From contig JAFWDM010000045.1 in the NCBI GenBank assembly GCA_017513005.1, positions 7,388-71,387 of the forward strand: a DNA stretch of 64,000 nt, read 5' to 3'. The notes below the pieces were generated by a model. That model did not search any database. It saw only the letters and a list, made by a program, of their open reading frames with translations, and was not told the origin of the DNA. The stretch is from Lachnospiraceae bacterium. GTDB taxonomy: Bacteria; Bacillota; Clostridia; Lachnospirales; Lachnospiraceae. Positions 55,246-64,000 of this stretch are shown here, one piece after another. The first letter of the stretch is position 1; each line of letters starts with the position of its first letter. The translations under genes and the position numbers were made by a program.

Positions 55246-56535
55246 TCAGTTGCTGTCCGGGAGCCTGATCGTCACCACGGTCCCTCTGCCGGCATCTGAC
55301 GTGATCTCAAGACTTCCGCCGCACATCATTTCGAGACGCTGCCGGATGTTCGAAAGCGTGGTATGCGGTATGTTTTCAGAGGAAGGATCAAACCCGCGGC
55401 CATTGTCCGAAACGGTGATCTCTATGCCGGAGCCGGTCTGCCTTGTCTGTATGGAAACCCGCAGCGGTCCGGCATAGGGATCCATGCCATGCTTGACCGC
55501 GTTTTCCACAAGGGGCTGCAGAGTCAGCGGCGGCAGGCGGAAATGGGTAAAGGGTGTGTCGTACTCCACAGCCAGCATGTCATCGTACTGCGCCTGCTCC
55601 ACGGCAAGATACGCGCGGGTGTGCTCGAGCTCCTTGGAGAACGGAATGGTGCTTTCACTTGCAACGGCGTTAAAATTACTGCGCAGATAATTGGTGAAAT
55701 CCAGGGTGATCTGCCGGGCCTTCTGCGGGTCGAGATCGCAGAGACTGTAGATGCTCATCAGGGTGTTATAGATGAAATGCGGCCGCATCCGGAGCGCCAT
55801 GATGCTGGCGCGCTCCTGGGCGATTTCCTGTTGCTGTCTTGCGATCTTTCGCTGGCGGGAGAGGTCCTTCTCGATCTGATCGGACAGGATGAAGCTGTAC
55901 ATGGCCAGTGCGGCGAGAACGTAGCTGATGCTGATAAGCGGGAAAAAATCAATGAAAAGCTGCGTGGTCATTGCGATCGTCATCGGCAGCAGCGCAAAGA
56001 GAAAGGCAAAAAAGACTTTGCGGGAAAGCAGCTTTCGGCGTTTTATCGTTCCCGCAAGGTTTAAAAGCAGGACCGCGACTGCCGGGAGCAGGAGGAGCGG
56101 GTACAGCGTTCCCCGGTAATACCGGTTATCCGGCGTCACATAGTAGAAGCCGCCGATGGCCGCGGAGCATGAAAATTCAAGAAACAGGACAGTCCAGAGA
56201 ATCAGCACGGCCTTTAAGAGCCTGCCGGAGCGCAGATCTTCCGAGGAACAGCGGAGCAGAAAGACGGTCAGCATGGGCAGGGGAACGGAGAGCAGGAGGT
56301 TTTCCAGAAACAGAAGAAATCGAAATACCGCGGACGGAACGCTATAGGACTGAAAGAGCGATTCTATGATGGCGGAAAGCCAGCACAGCATAAAAACAAT
56401 AAAATAGATGATGAAAAAACGTCTGCTCCAGCGGTCCATTCCGGGGATAACAACGGTGAACCAAAGCCCCATCACACTTAAGAGAAGCGCGGCGCCGAGT
56501 ATGGAGGAGTTTAAGTATACGATCCAGCCGTTCAC
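55246..56535 (-). CDS. LytS/YesM-type membrane sensor histidine kinase
   Basis: MRPHFIYNTL, LQPLVENAVKHG, DNGRGFD and GT.V motifs with multiple TM segments. GTG 56535 overlaps the upstream stop (GTGA) after RBS ggagg. Confidence 0.9.
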   Translation of the reverse strand: MNGWIVYLNSSILGAALLLSVMGLWFTVVIPGMDRWSRRFFIIYFIVFMLCWLSAIIESLFQSYSVPSAVFRFLLFLENLLLSVPLPMLTVFLLRCSSEDLRSGRLLKAVLILWTVLFLEFSCSAAIGGFYYVTPDNRYYRGTLYPLLLLPAVAVLLLNLAGTIKRRKLLSRKVFFAFLFALLPMTIAMTTQLFIDFFPLISISYVLAALAMYSFILSDQIEKDLSRQRKIARQQQEIAQERASIMALRMRPHFIYNTLMSIYSLCDLDPQKARQITLDFTNYLRSNFNAVASESTIPFSKELEHTRAYLAVEQAQYDDMLAVEYDTPFTHFRLPPLTLQPLVENAVKHGMDPYAGPLRVSIQTRQTGSGIEITVSDNGRGFDPSSENIPHTTLSNIRQRLEMMCGGSLEITSDAGRGTVVTIRLPDSN

Positions 56536-57131
56536 GTGTCTGCGCCTCCCGTCAAAAAGGGATAGTGCAGCTTTTTCAGCTGCCTGTGGACGCTCTCCGG
56601 GGTCAGCGGCTTTACCAGGAATCCGCAGGCGTCGGTATCCCACGCGTCGAGAGAATATTCGGGATAGGCGGTCAGATAGACTACCCTGGTGCAGGGATTG
56701 ATCGAAAGCAGCTGGCGGCAGAGGTCAAGGCCGTTTTCCGGTCCCAGCTCGATATCCAGAAAGGCAAGGCTGATCCGGTTCGCTTTCGCATATTCGATCA
56801 CCTCCCGCGGCCAGTTGAAGCCGGTGATCGAGGCATTCGGCATGACCTTTTCCAGAACCTTTATGCTGTCGGCGAGGACGGCTTTGTTGTCGTCCACCAT
56901 GATAATGTTCGGCGATTCCTCGCTTTCGGCTGCTGTAAAGAGCAGCGTGCTGACATCTACATCCAGAACCCGGGAAAGACGGGTGATCATAGCGGCATCC
57001 GGCAGACGGGTGCCGCTTTCCCATCTGGAGATCGTAGCTTTATTGACAAACATCCGGTCTGCAAGCTGGGTCTGGGAAATGCCCTTATCTGTTCTCAGTT
57101 TTCTCAGGGTGTCCGCAAAAAGGGTACTCAT
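56532..57131 (-). CDS. XRE helix-turn-helix plus C-terminal receiver-domain regulator
   Basis: LRKLRTDKGISQTQLA...ISRWESG..LPD (XRE HTH), then MVDD, AFLDIEL, YLTAY and FLVKP (REC). Confidence 0.88.
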   Translation of the reverse strand: MSTLFADTLRKLRTDKGISQTQLADRMFVNKATISRWESGTRLPDAAMITRLSRVLDVDVSTLLFTAAESEESPNIIMVDDNKAVLADSIKVLEKVMPNASITGFNWPREVIEYAKANRISLAFLDIELGPENGLDLCRQLLSINPCTRVVYLTAYPEYSLDAWDTDACGFLVKPLTPESVHRQLKKLHYPFLTGGADT

Positions 57132-57357
57132 AGTTGGAATCCGCCGCCTTTCTTTTCTTTAATAATAGTCGGATACCTTTGCGAAAGCAAGAAAGAAGAA
57201 AAACCGGGGGGGTTGTCATTCTGGCAACCCCCATTGCATGGCGGCCGGGAAAATGGGAAAATTTAAAAGAGATTGTAACCGGTCGGTTACAACAGAGCGC
57301 AGCATACGTTTTGCCGGGACGCATGAGGACCGGCACCGCAATGGAAAAAGGAGGGAA

Positions 57358-58279
57358 ATGACCGTGAAGGTTGACCAGATCTTCAGAAACGCGAATATTT
57401 TTACATCAGATATAAATCACCCGAGTGCGGCAGCATTTGCGGTTAAGGAGGGCAAATTCATCTATGTAGGTGACGAAGCCGGGCTTTCGGCCTATGAGGG
57501 GGAGGTCACGGATCTCGGAGGCAGATTTGTCATGCCCGGAATCATCGACAGCCACGCCCTTCAATGCGGAGGAGCTCGCTGAGATCCTTAAGGAACTGAA
57601 CAAGGAAGGACTGGATCTTCACATCCACTGCGTCGGCGAGCGTTCGGGTCACATTGTGCTGGACGCCGTGGAGCTTGTAAGAAAGGAGCTTGGCGATGCC
57701 TTCCGCGTAAAGGTCACCGTGACGCATATGTGGATCCAGGACGATGCGGATCTTGACCGCTTCGCAAAGCTCGGCGTGATCGCCAATTACACGCCGGCAT
57801 GGCACAACGGAAACATGGGCCTGGGATGCGAGCCCTCCGAATTCTGGCCGGCTCTGATCGGCGAGGAACGTGCACGGAAGATGTTCCGCTCCAAGACTGT
57901 CTGGGACAGCGGAGCACTCGTGACCTGGTCCAGTGACGATGTCAGCTTCGAGAACAATTTCGCCACATGGAACCCTTATTACGGCATGGAAGTCGGAATG
58001 ACGCGCTGGATCAGCGATAAGACAAAGGCGCCCCAGGGCCAGGCTACGAAGGGACCGCTGGATCCTCCGGGCGAAAAAATGAATATTGAGGAAATGATCC
58101 TCGGCTATACCATCAACGGCGCAAAGCAGCTCGGTATTGATGCAGAGAAGGGCTCCATCGAGGCCGGCAAGGATGCGGATTTCCTGGTCTTTGACAAGGA
58201 TCTTCTTACGGCAGAGCATGCGGGCTTCAGCCACATCATGCCGGCAGAGGTGTATTTTTGCGGAAAAAAGGTGAACTGA
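57358..58279 (+). pseudogene. Amidohydrolase_3 (YtcJ-like) with a large internal deletion and frameshift
   Basis: The N-terminus IFRNANIFT...DLGGRFVMPGIIDSH breaks at about 57558. Another frame resumes with HIHCVGE, VTH, WSSDD and GSIEAGKDADFLVFD. The total is far shorter than a full enzyme. Confidence 0.8.
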
Positions 58280-58293
58280 AAGGAGTGTGAGAG

Positions 58294-59946
58294 ATGAAAA
58301 GAGAATTCAGGGATCTGGCTATTTATGAGCCTTACGACTACCTGAACAGCGAGATCACGGGAGACTACGACAAGGCCCATGCCGTAAAGTGCGTGAACGG
58401 CACCTTCGTCGGAACCGAGGAGTACGGGATCGCGTCGTGGCTGGGCATCCCCTACGCGAAGCCGCCCGTGGGCGGGCGCCGCTTCAAGGCGCCGGAGTAC
58501 GTGGACCCGGGTGACAGGGTCTTTGAGGCCAGGTATTACGGAAAGTGTGCCTTCGGCGCACACGGCCAGGGGGACTGCATACAGAAGCTGGAATCCGAGG
58601 ACTGCCTCTACCTGAACATCTGGGTCAACACCGACGACAAGACTGAGAAGAAGCCGGTCATGGTATGGATCCACGGCGGATCGTACATTATGGGCTCAGG
58701 CTCGCAGACCTCCTACAACGGAGCCAACCTCGTCCAGAAGCAAAGTGACATCATTCTGGTGACCATCAACTACCGCCTGAACATGTACGGCTTCATGGAC
58801 TTCTCGTCGGTGCCCGGCGGTGAAAAATTCGGGACAGCACCCTGCAACGGCCTGCTCGACCAGGCCACGGCGCTCCGGTGGGTGCACGAGAACATCGCCG
58901 CTTTCGGCGGTGACCCCGGCAATGTGACCATCTTCGGGCAGAGTGCCGGCGGCGGCTCGGTCTCCATCCTGCCGGTTTTAAAGCAGGCGAACAAGTATTT
59001 CCAGAAGGTCATCGCCCAGAGCGGATCGACGGGCCTGGCATTCCCGGTCAACTCCGAAACTGCGCAGGGCAAGACCAAGGCGCTCATTGAGTACACCGGC
59101 TGCAAGAACATGGACGAGATCATGGCGCTGAGCGAAGAGGATCTCCAGAAGGCGTATGTCGAAGCGGTCAGCAAGTTCACTTCCTGCCCCTACTACGGAA
59201 CGGAGGTGCTCCCTGAGGCTCCCATCGAGCTGTACAAGAAAGGCTATGCAAAGGGCATCACCATCATGGCGGGCAGCACGGCCGATGAGGCCAGGCTGTT
59301 CATGGGCGAAGGCGTGGATCTGACCCTGGAAGAGCAGAAGTTATTCGCCCAGCGTGCCGTGGGAGACGCAGTCCCCTATGTGAAGGAAGAGGATAAGAAG
59401 TATTACGAAGAATTCCGGCGTGTCTGCCGGTTCCAGGAGCCCGGACTGATCGAGACGGAGCTCATAGATGATCTCATGTTCCGGGTACCTATGCTCCAGC
59501 AGCTCGACGTACAGAGCGCGTTCGACAAGACATTCTGCTACTACTGGTCGTACCCGAGCAGCAATGCGGATATGGGAGCAGCACATTCCGTGGAGCTCCT
59601 GTTCGTGTTCGATCTTCGCGGCGTCGGGACCAGCAGCGTTTTCAACGGTACGAACATCTCCGATGAGATCTTCAACGCCACCCAGCAGATGTGGACCAAT
59701 TTCGCGCGCTACGGCAACCCGTCGACAGACAAGATCGAATGGAAGCCGTACTCTGTTGATGACCAGAACGTCATGGTCATCGCCGGGCCTGGCGATATTC
59801 GCATGGAAAAGGGCCTTCTTGCCGAACAGTACAAGGCTGTGCTCCCCCTGCTCAAATACTACCAGTTCATGGACAAGTTCTTTACTCCCGGATACCTTGC
59901 AGATATCCTCGCCGCGCGCGAGCAAGGCTCACAGCTCCGCTGGTGA
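58294..59946 (+). CDS. Type-B carboxylesterase (family VII-like)
   Basis: GIPYAKPP, EDCLYLN, WIHGGS, GQSAG nucleophile elbow and HSVEL motifs. Confidence 0.92.
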   Translation: MKREFRDLAIYEPYDYLNSEITGDYDKAHAVKCVNGTFVGTEEYGIASWLGIPYAKPPVGGRRFKAPEYVDPGDRVFEARYYGKCAFGAHGQGDCIQKLESEDCLYLNIWVNTDDKTEKKPVMVWIHGGSYIMGSGSQTSYNGANLVQKQSDIILVTINYRLNMYGFMDFSSVPGGEKFGTAPCNGLLDQATALRWVHENIAAFGGDPGNVTIFGQSAGGGSVSILPVLKQANKYFQKVIAQSGSTGLAFPVNSETAQGKTKALIEYTGCKNMDEIMALSEEDLQKAYVEAVSKFTSCPYYGTEVLPEAPIELYKKGYAKGITIMAGSTADEARLFMGEGVDLTLEEQKLFAQRAVGDAVPYVKEEDKKYYEEFRRVCRFQEPGLIETELIDDLMFRVPMLQQLDVQSAFDKTFCYYWSYPSSNADMGAAHSVELLFVFDLRGVGTSSVFNGTNISDEIFNATQQMWTNFARYGNPSTDKIEWKPYSVDDQNVMVIAGPGDIRMEKGLLAEQYKAVLPLLKYYQFMDKFFTPGYLADILAAREQGSQLRW

Positions 59947-59997
59947 CAGAGGCAAGCTTCGGGAAAGAAAATAGAGAGGAAGAAAGGAAGGAACTAC

Positions 59998-61533
59998 ATG
60001 GATACCAGAATCAAGTGCAACAACGGGACCTTCGTCGGCAAGGAGACAGACGGGCTGATCATCTGGAAGGGCATCCCCTACGCGACGCAGCCGGTGGGGA
60101 AGCTTCGCTGGCAGAAGGCACTTCCTGCCGCAGACGATGACGGCGTGTACGACGCGACAAAGCCCGGCTCCGTTCCGATCGGGCCCCTGAACGACTCGGA
60201 GGGAACGGCGGAGTTCGGCGAGGACTGCCTCGTGCTGAACATATACTGCAATACAAGCTGCACGGACAGTAAAAAGCCGGTCATGGTGTGGATCCACGGC
60301 GGCGGGTTCTGCGCCGAATCCCAGGCGTCGCCCCTCTACGACCTGACCAGCATCTCCAGGCAGTCCCCCGACATCCTGTTCGTGTCCATCGACTACCGGC
60401 TGGGCTTCATGGGATTCATGAACTTCGAGCGGGTTCCGGGCGGAGAGAACTTCAAGGAGGCAGGCAACCTTGGCCTGCTTGACCAGCTGGAGGCCCTGAG
60501 GTGGATACAGAAAAACATCGCCGGGTTCGGCGGCGATCCGGACAACGTGACGATTTTCGGCGAGTCGGCAGGCTCGGCGAGCACCACCTTCCTCCCGCTC
60601 ATCGACGGAAGCGAGGGGCTCTTCAAGAGAATCATCGCCCAGAGCGCCAACATCGCCTACTGCGACACGATGGAGCACGGCATCCACGTCACGCAGAACT
60701 TCCTGACCGCGACCGGCTGCCAGACCATGGACGAACTGATGGCACTCACCACCCAGGAGCTTGTAGACGCCTATGCAAAGGCAGCTGTCATTGACAAGAA
60801 CTGCCTTCTCGGAACGGCCAACTTCCCGCTCCTCGACGGCGTCACGCTGCCCGAGGACCGGGCGGACCTGTACGGAATGTGGGGAGACGAAAAGAGGGCC
60901 GGGATCGATATGATGATCGGGTCCAACCTGGACGAGATCAGGTACTTCGTTCCGACCGAGGGCGGCGAAGAGGGCTTCCTCGACACGCTGAGGTGGATCG
61001 CGAAGAGGGACCGCGCGCTGCTGAACGACCAGGAGAAGGCCATGTACGACGAGTTCATGGCCACGCTCGCAGACGAAAGCGAGGGGAGCAGGCTGGAGCA
61101 GTACTGCAACGACATCAACTTCCGCGCCGGCAATACCAATATGGCCATCAGGCACTCTGCCGCCGGCGGCAGCACCTACATGTACTTCATCAGGAAACCG
61201 GTGACGACCCCCCAGCTTGGCGCGATCCACGCGGCCGAGATCCCCTACCTCTTCGACACCTGCATACCGGACCCGATGGGGAGCGGAGAGATCGTCGGAA
61301 ACGACGAGTGCGAGTTCCGCCACGTCGCAAAGGAAATGTGGACCAACTTCGCCCGGACAGGCAACCCCTCCACCGACAAATATGAGTGGAAAAAGTTCTC
61401 CGGGGACGACCGCCAGACGATGGTCTTCGACGATACCATCGGTATGCAGAAGGATATTTTCGGAAGGCGGGAGGACCTGATGATGTCATGGGCAGAGCGC
61501 CTCGGGAACGGGTCGTCCAAGAGAGTCTGCTGA
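59998..61533 (+). CDS. Type-B carboxylesterase (family VII-like), paralogue
   Basis: GIPYA, EDCLVLN, WIHGGG, GESAG and HAAEIPYLF motifs. Confidence 0.92.
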   Translation: MDTRIKCNNGTFVGKETDGLIIWKGIPYATQPVGKLRWQKALPAADDDGVYDATKPGSVPIGPLNDSEGTAEFGEDCLVLNIYCNTSCTDSKKPVMVWIHGGGFCAESQASPLYDLTSISRQSPDILFVSIDYRLGFMGFMNFERVPGGENFKEAGNLGLLDQLEALRWIQKNIAGFGGDPDNVTIFGESAGSASTTFLPLIDGSEGLFKRIIAQSANIAYCDTMEHGIHVTQNFLTATGCQTMDELMALTTQELVDAYAKAAVIDKNCLLGTANFPLLDGVTLPEDRADLYGMWGDEKRAGIDMMIGSNLDEIRYFVPTEGGEEGFLDTLRWIAKRDRALLNDQEKAMYDEFMATLADESEGSRLEQYCNDINFRAGNTNMAIRHSAAGGSTYMYFIRKPVTTPQLGAIHAAEIPYLFDTCIPDPMGSGEIVGNDECEFRHVAKEMWTNFARTGNPSTDKYEWKKFSGDDRQTMVFDDTIGMQKDIFGRREDLMMSWAERLGNGSSKRVC

Positions 61534-61722
61534 CGCGGGCATTCAGCCGGCCGGGAGGCCTTCGCGATTGCGGAGGGGATGAATCGCCCGTGATCGCATG
61601 AACCCATCAGAAAACAATATATAAAGGCCATTTACAAAAAATAATTTCGGAAAACGACTTTAAAACTGAATATCGGGAAGTTTGGCAGATGACATGAGGT
61701 CTGAAGCTGAGCGGAATTCTAC

Positions 61723-61761
61723 ATAGCCTGTGTTTTTTAACGAACGCAGGCTATTGTTTTT
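61723..61761 (+). terminator. Intrinsic terminator after the esterase pair
   Basis: atagcctgtgtt / aacgcaggctat stem followed by tgttttt. Confidence 0.6.
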
Positions 61762-61933
61762 ACAATGAGCTGCAGACGCATATCTCTATATTTGAAAGGA
61801 CCTCCATATTTGAAAGGACCGGTGATGTTATGAAGCATCAGGAAGGATATCAGATTGAGATTAAGAATCTCTATATACGTTAATTAACAGGAATATACAT
61901 TTTTGAAATTCGTTAAGATATCCGGTAAAACAA

Positions 61934-61962
61934 TTGACAATTTCGTGCTGCATCTTTATCCT
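61934..61962 (+). promoter_or_regulatory. Sigma-70-type promoter for the DUF4143 ATPase
   Basis: TTGACA (61934-61939), 17-bp spacer, TATCCT (61957-61962), with RBS ggagg downstream. Confidence 0.6.
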
Positions 61963-61992
61963 AGGGACTGAGGAATATTTGGGAGGACTGGT

Positions 61993-63342
61993 ATGACATT
62001 CAGGAGAAAGATCTACGATAAGCTGCTTGAGTGGAAAAGCGAATCGGATGGGAAAAGTGCAGTTCTGATAGAAGGGGCCAGGCGTGTAGGTAAGAGCACG
62101 ATAGCAGAAGAATTCGCAAGAAACGAATACGATGATTATATTCTGCTTGATTTTGCCCTGGAAACAAGGGATACGCGCCGGAATTTTGAAGATAATATTG
62201 GCGACCTTGATACTTTTTTCAGGAATCTCTTTATCATAAAAGGGAAAGATCTGCCCAGAAGGCGGTCTGTGATTATTTTCGATGAGGTTCAGCTTTTCCC
62301 GACAGCGCGTCAGGCGATTAAATATCTTGTAGCTGATGGAAGATATGATTACATTGAGACTGGATCCCTGATCAGCATAAAGAAAAACGTGAGGAATATC
62401 CTGATTCCTTCTGAGGAAGAAAAGCTGAAGATGTTTCCCATGGATTTTGAGGAATTTCTATGGGCAAAGGGGAATACTGTTACTATGCCTGCTGTCAAAT
62501 CGGCATTCGAGAGCCGAAATCCTTTAGGAGATGCCGTGCACAGGAAAATCATGCAGCTTTTCAGGGAATATATTGCGGTGGGGGGAATGCCCCAGGCTGT
62601 GGCGTCGTATGTAAACGGGGAGAGTTATGCCTCGATCGATCGGGTTAAACAGGGTATTCTTTCGCTGTATGAAGATGATCTGAAAAAGTATGATGATGAA
62701 GAAAAAGAGAAGGTATCTCTGATTTTTAAAACGATTCCAAAACAATTATCAGACCATGCTCTGCACTTCACTTTTTCTGAGATCAATGCCAATGCCAGAT
62801 ATATCAATTATGTGGACTCGGTTGAGTTTGTGGCAGAATCAATGATAGGTAATCTATGTGCAAATGTTACTATGCCCGATGTGTTGATGGATCTCTATGC
62901 CGACCGGAGCAATTTTAAGTTATATATGGGAGATACCGGACTGCTTGTCTCCCAGATGATCAGAGAAGGAGAAGAAACAGAGGAAATATACAGGGCGCTT
63001 ATTTTTGATAAATTGCGTTCCAACCTCGGGATGGTGTTCGAAAATGTTGTTGCCCAGATGCTCAGAGCGGGCGGGCACGACTTGTTCTTTCATGAGCATA
63101 AATATACACCGGAGCAATCAGATAAAGAAAAAAAATACGAGATAGACTTTCTCCTGGTCAGGAACAGAAAAGTATGTCCAATAGAGGTCAAATCCTCCGG
63201 ATATCTGTCTCACAAGTCCTTTGACTACTTCATAAAAAAGTACCCGATCAAAATTCAGGATCGTTACATCATTTATACCGGGGATTTGAGATTTAAAGAT
63301 GGTATTACTTATATACCGGCATACATGTCAGGTCTGCTGTGA
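61993..63342 (+). CDS. AAA_14 ATPase with DUF4143 (C-terminal PD-(D/E)XK-like) domain
   Basis: Walker A GARRVGKST, Walker B IIFDEVQ, ETGS, VGGMP, FENVVAQ and EIDFL...IEVKS motifs. Confidence 0.9.
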   Translation: MTFRRKIYDKLLEWKSESDGKSAVLIEGARRVGKSTIAEEFARNEYDDYILLDFALETRDTRRNFEDNIGDLDTFFRNLFIIKGKDLPRRRSVIIFDEVQLFPTARQAIKYLVADGRYDYIETGSLISIKKNVRNILIPSEEEKLKMFPMDFEEFLWAKGNTVTMPAVKSAFESRNPLGDAVHRKIMQLFREYIAVGGMPQAVASYVNGESYASIDRVKQGILSLYEDDLKKYDDEEKEKVSLIFKTIPKQLSDHALHFTFSEINANARYINYVDSVEFVAESMIGNLCANVTMPDVLMDLYADRSNFKLYMGDTGLLVSQMIREGEETEEIYRALIFDKLRSNLGMVFENVVAQMLRAGGHDLFFHEHKYTPEQSDKEKKYEIDFLLVRNRKVCPIEVKSSGYLSHKSFDYFIKKYPIKIQDRYIIYTGDLRFKDGITYIPAYMSGLL

Positions 63343-63370
63343 CAGCAGTATGGCAGGAACACCGATATAA

Positions 63371-63520
63371 ACCGGCAAACAGCAACAGCAGAATATACAT
63401 AACCTGTTTGCGGTGGGCGAATGTGCCTCCATGTATCATGGCGCCAACCGGCTGGGCGGCAACTCTCTGCCGGCGGCCGTCTACAGTGGGAATGTTGCCA
63501 GGATAGAGCAGAGATCCTGA
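63371..63520 (+). pseudogene. Fragment of an SdhA/FrdA/NadB-type FAD flavoprotein
   Basis: Translates to NIHNLFAVGECASMYHGANRLGGNSLPAAVYSG, the conserved flavoprotein motif. It has no start codon or RBS and is bounded by in-frame stops at 63368 and 63518. Not in the ORF track. Confidence 0.8.
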
Positions 63521-63594
63521 AAAGGTATCTGCCTGGGAGAGACTTATCCGGCATGTGGGAAATGTAGAATTAGAGATGTTCGGAGAAAGTATAT

Positions 63595-64000
63595 ATGGTT
63601 ATCAAGGAAATTAAAGTTAAGAATATCATGACAAAAACGAATCTGCCTGTATCAGATTTCGCCGTCAATCCCTATGTAGGCTGTACCCATGCCTGCAAGT
63701 ATTGTTATGCCTCCTTCATGAAGCGCTTTACCAACCACCCTGAACCGTGGGGCGAGTTCGTAGACATCAAGAGCTGGCCGGAGATCAACAGGCCTGGAAA
63801 GTATGTAGGTAAAGAAGCATTTTTCTGCTCAGTGACAGATCCATATCAGCCGCTGGAGAAGAAATACGGACGCGCCCGCGCATTGCTGGAGCAGCTCCTG
63901 CCCACCGGGATAAGCATCAGTATTTCTACCAAGTCCGACCTGATCCTGCGAGATTTGGATCTGATCAGGCGGTTCCCGGGAGCACATGTGTCCTGGTCAA
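63595..64000 (+). CDS. Radical SAM protein of the SPL-like 'radical SAM mobile pair protein B' type, 5' part (runs off the window)
   Basis: Manual translation gives MVIKEIKVKNIMTKTNLP...NPYVGCTHACKYCYASFMKRFT...SVTDPYQ...TKSDLILRD, with a CxxxCxxC motif. Not in the ORF track. Confidence 0.85.
   Translation, partial: MVIKEIKVKNIMTKTNLPVSDFAVNPYVGCTHACKYCYASFMKRFTNHPEPWGEFVDIKSWPEINRPGKYVGKEAFFCSVTDPYQPLEKKYGRARALLEQLLPTGISISISTKSDLILRDLDLIRRFPGAHVSWS

Overview
The gene content suggests a GC-rich anaerobic Firmicute (Clostridia/Lachnospiraceae-like, probably gut or rumen; this is inference). From left to right the window holds: the end of a fatty-acid synthesis operon (fabZ-accC-accD-accA); a PAS/SARP-type regulator; a sortase-assembled pilus cluster (fibro-slime adhesin, major pilin, two class C sortases, minor pilin); a lactate/redox block (lactoyl-CoA dehydratase lcdAB, a Cys-repeat/AP2 protein, lactate racemase larA, trimeric [FeFe]-hydrogenase hydCBA); an ECF sigma/anti-sigma pair; a minus-strand acid-sugar catabolic operon (GarR-like dehydrogenase, two DUF1537 kinases, GntP, PdxA2) running into hflKC; an orphan solute-binding lipoprotein; a KamA-family radical SAM enzyme with non-lysine substrate residues; and an ATP-grasp protein. 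From about 44 kb to the end is a mosaic accessory region with deletion-type pseudogenes (M13 peptidase, SpoIIE/anti-sigma, amidohydrolase, an SdhA-like scrap), a double-glycine-leader peptide coupled to a hybrid kinase, tandem carboxylesterases, a DUF4143 ATPase and the start of a radical SAM 'mobile pair' gene. Outside the genes there are two dispersed palindromic repeat families, mostly at gene 3' ends, and many short tandem duplications. I saw no rRNA, tRNA, CRISPR array or transposase. All calls come from reading motifs by eye; no searches were run.
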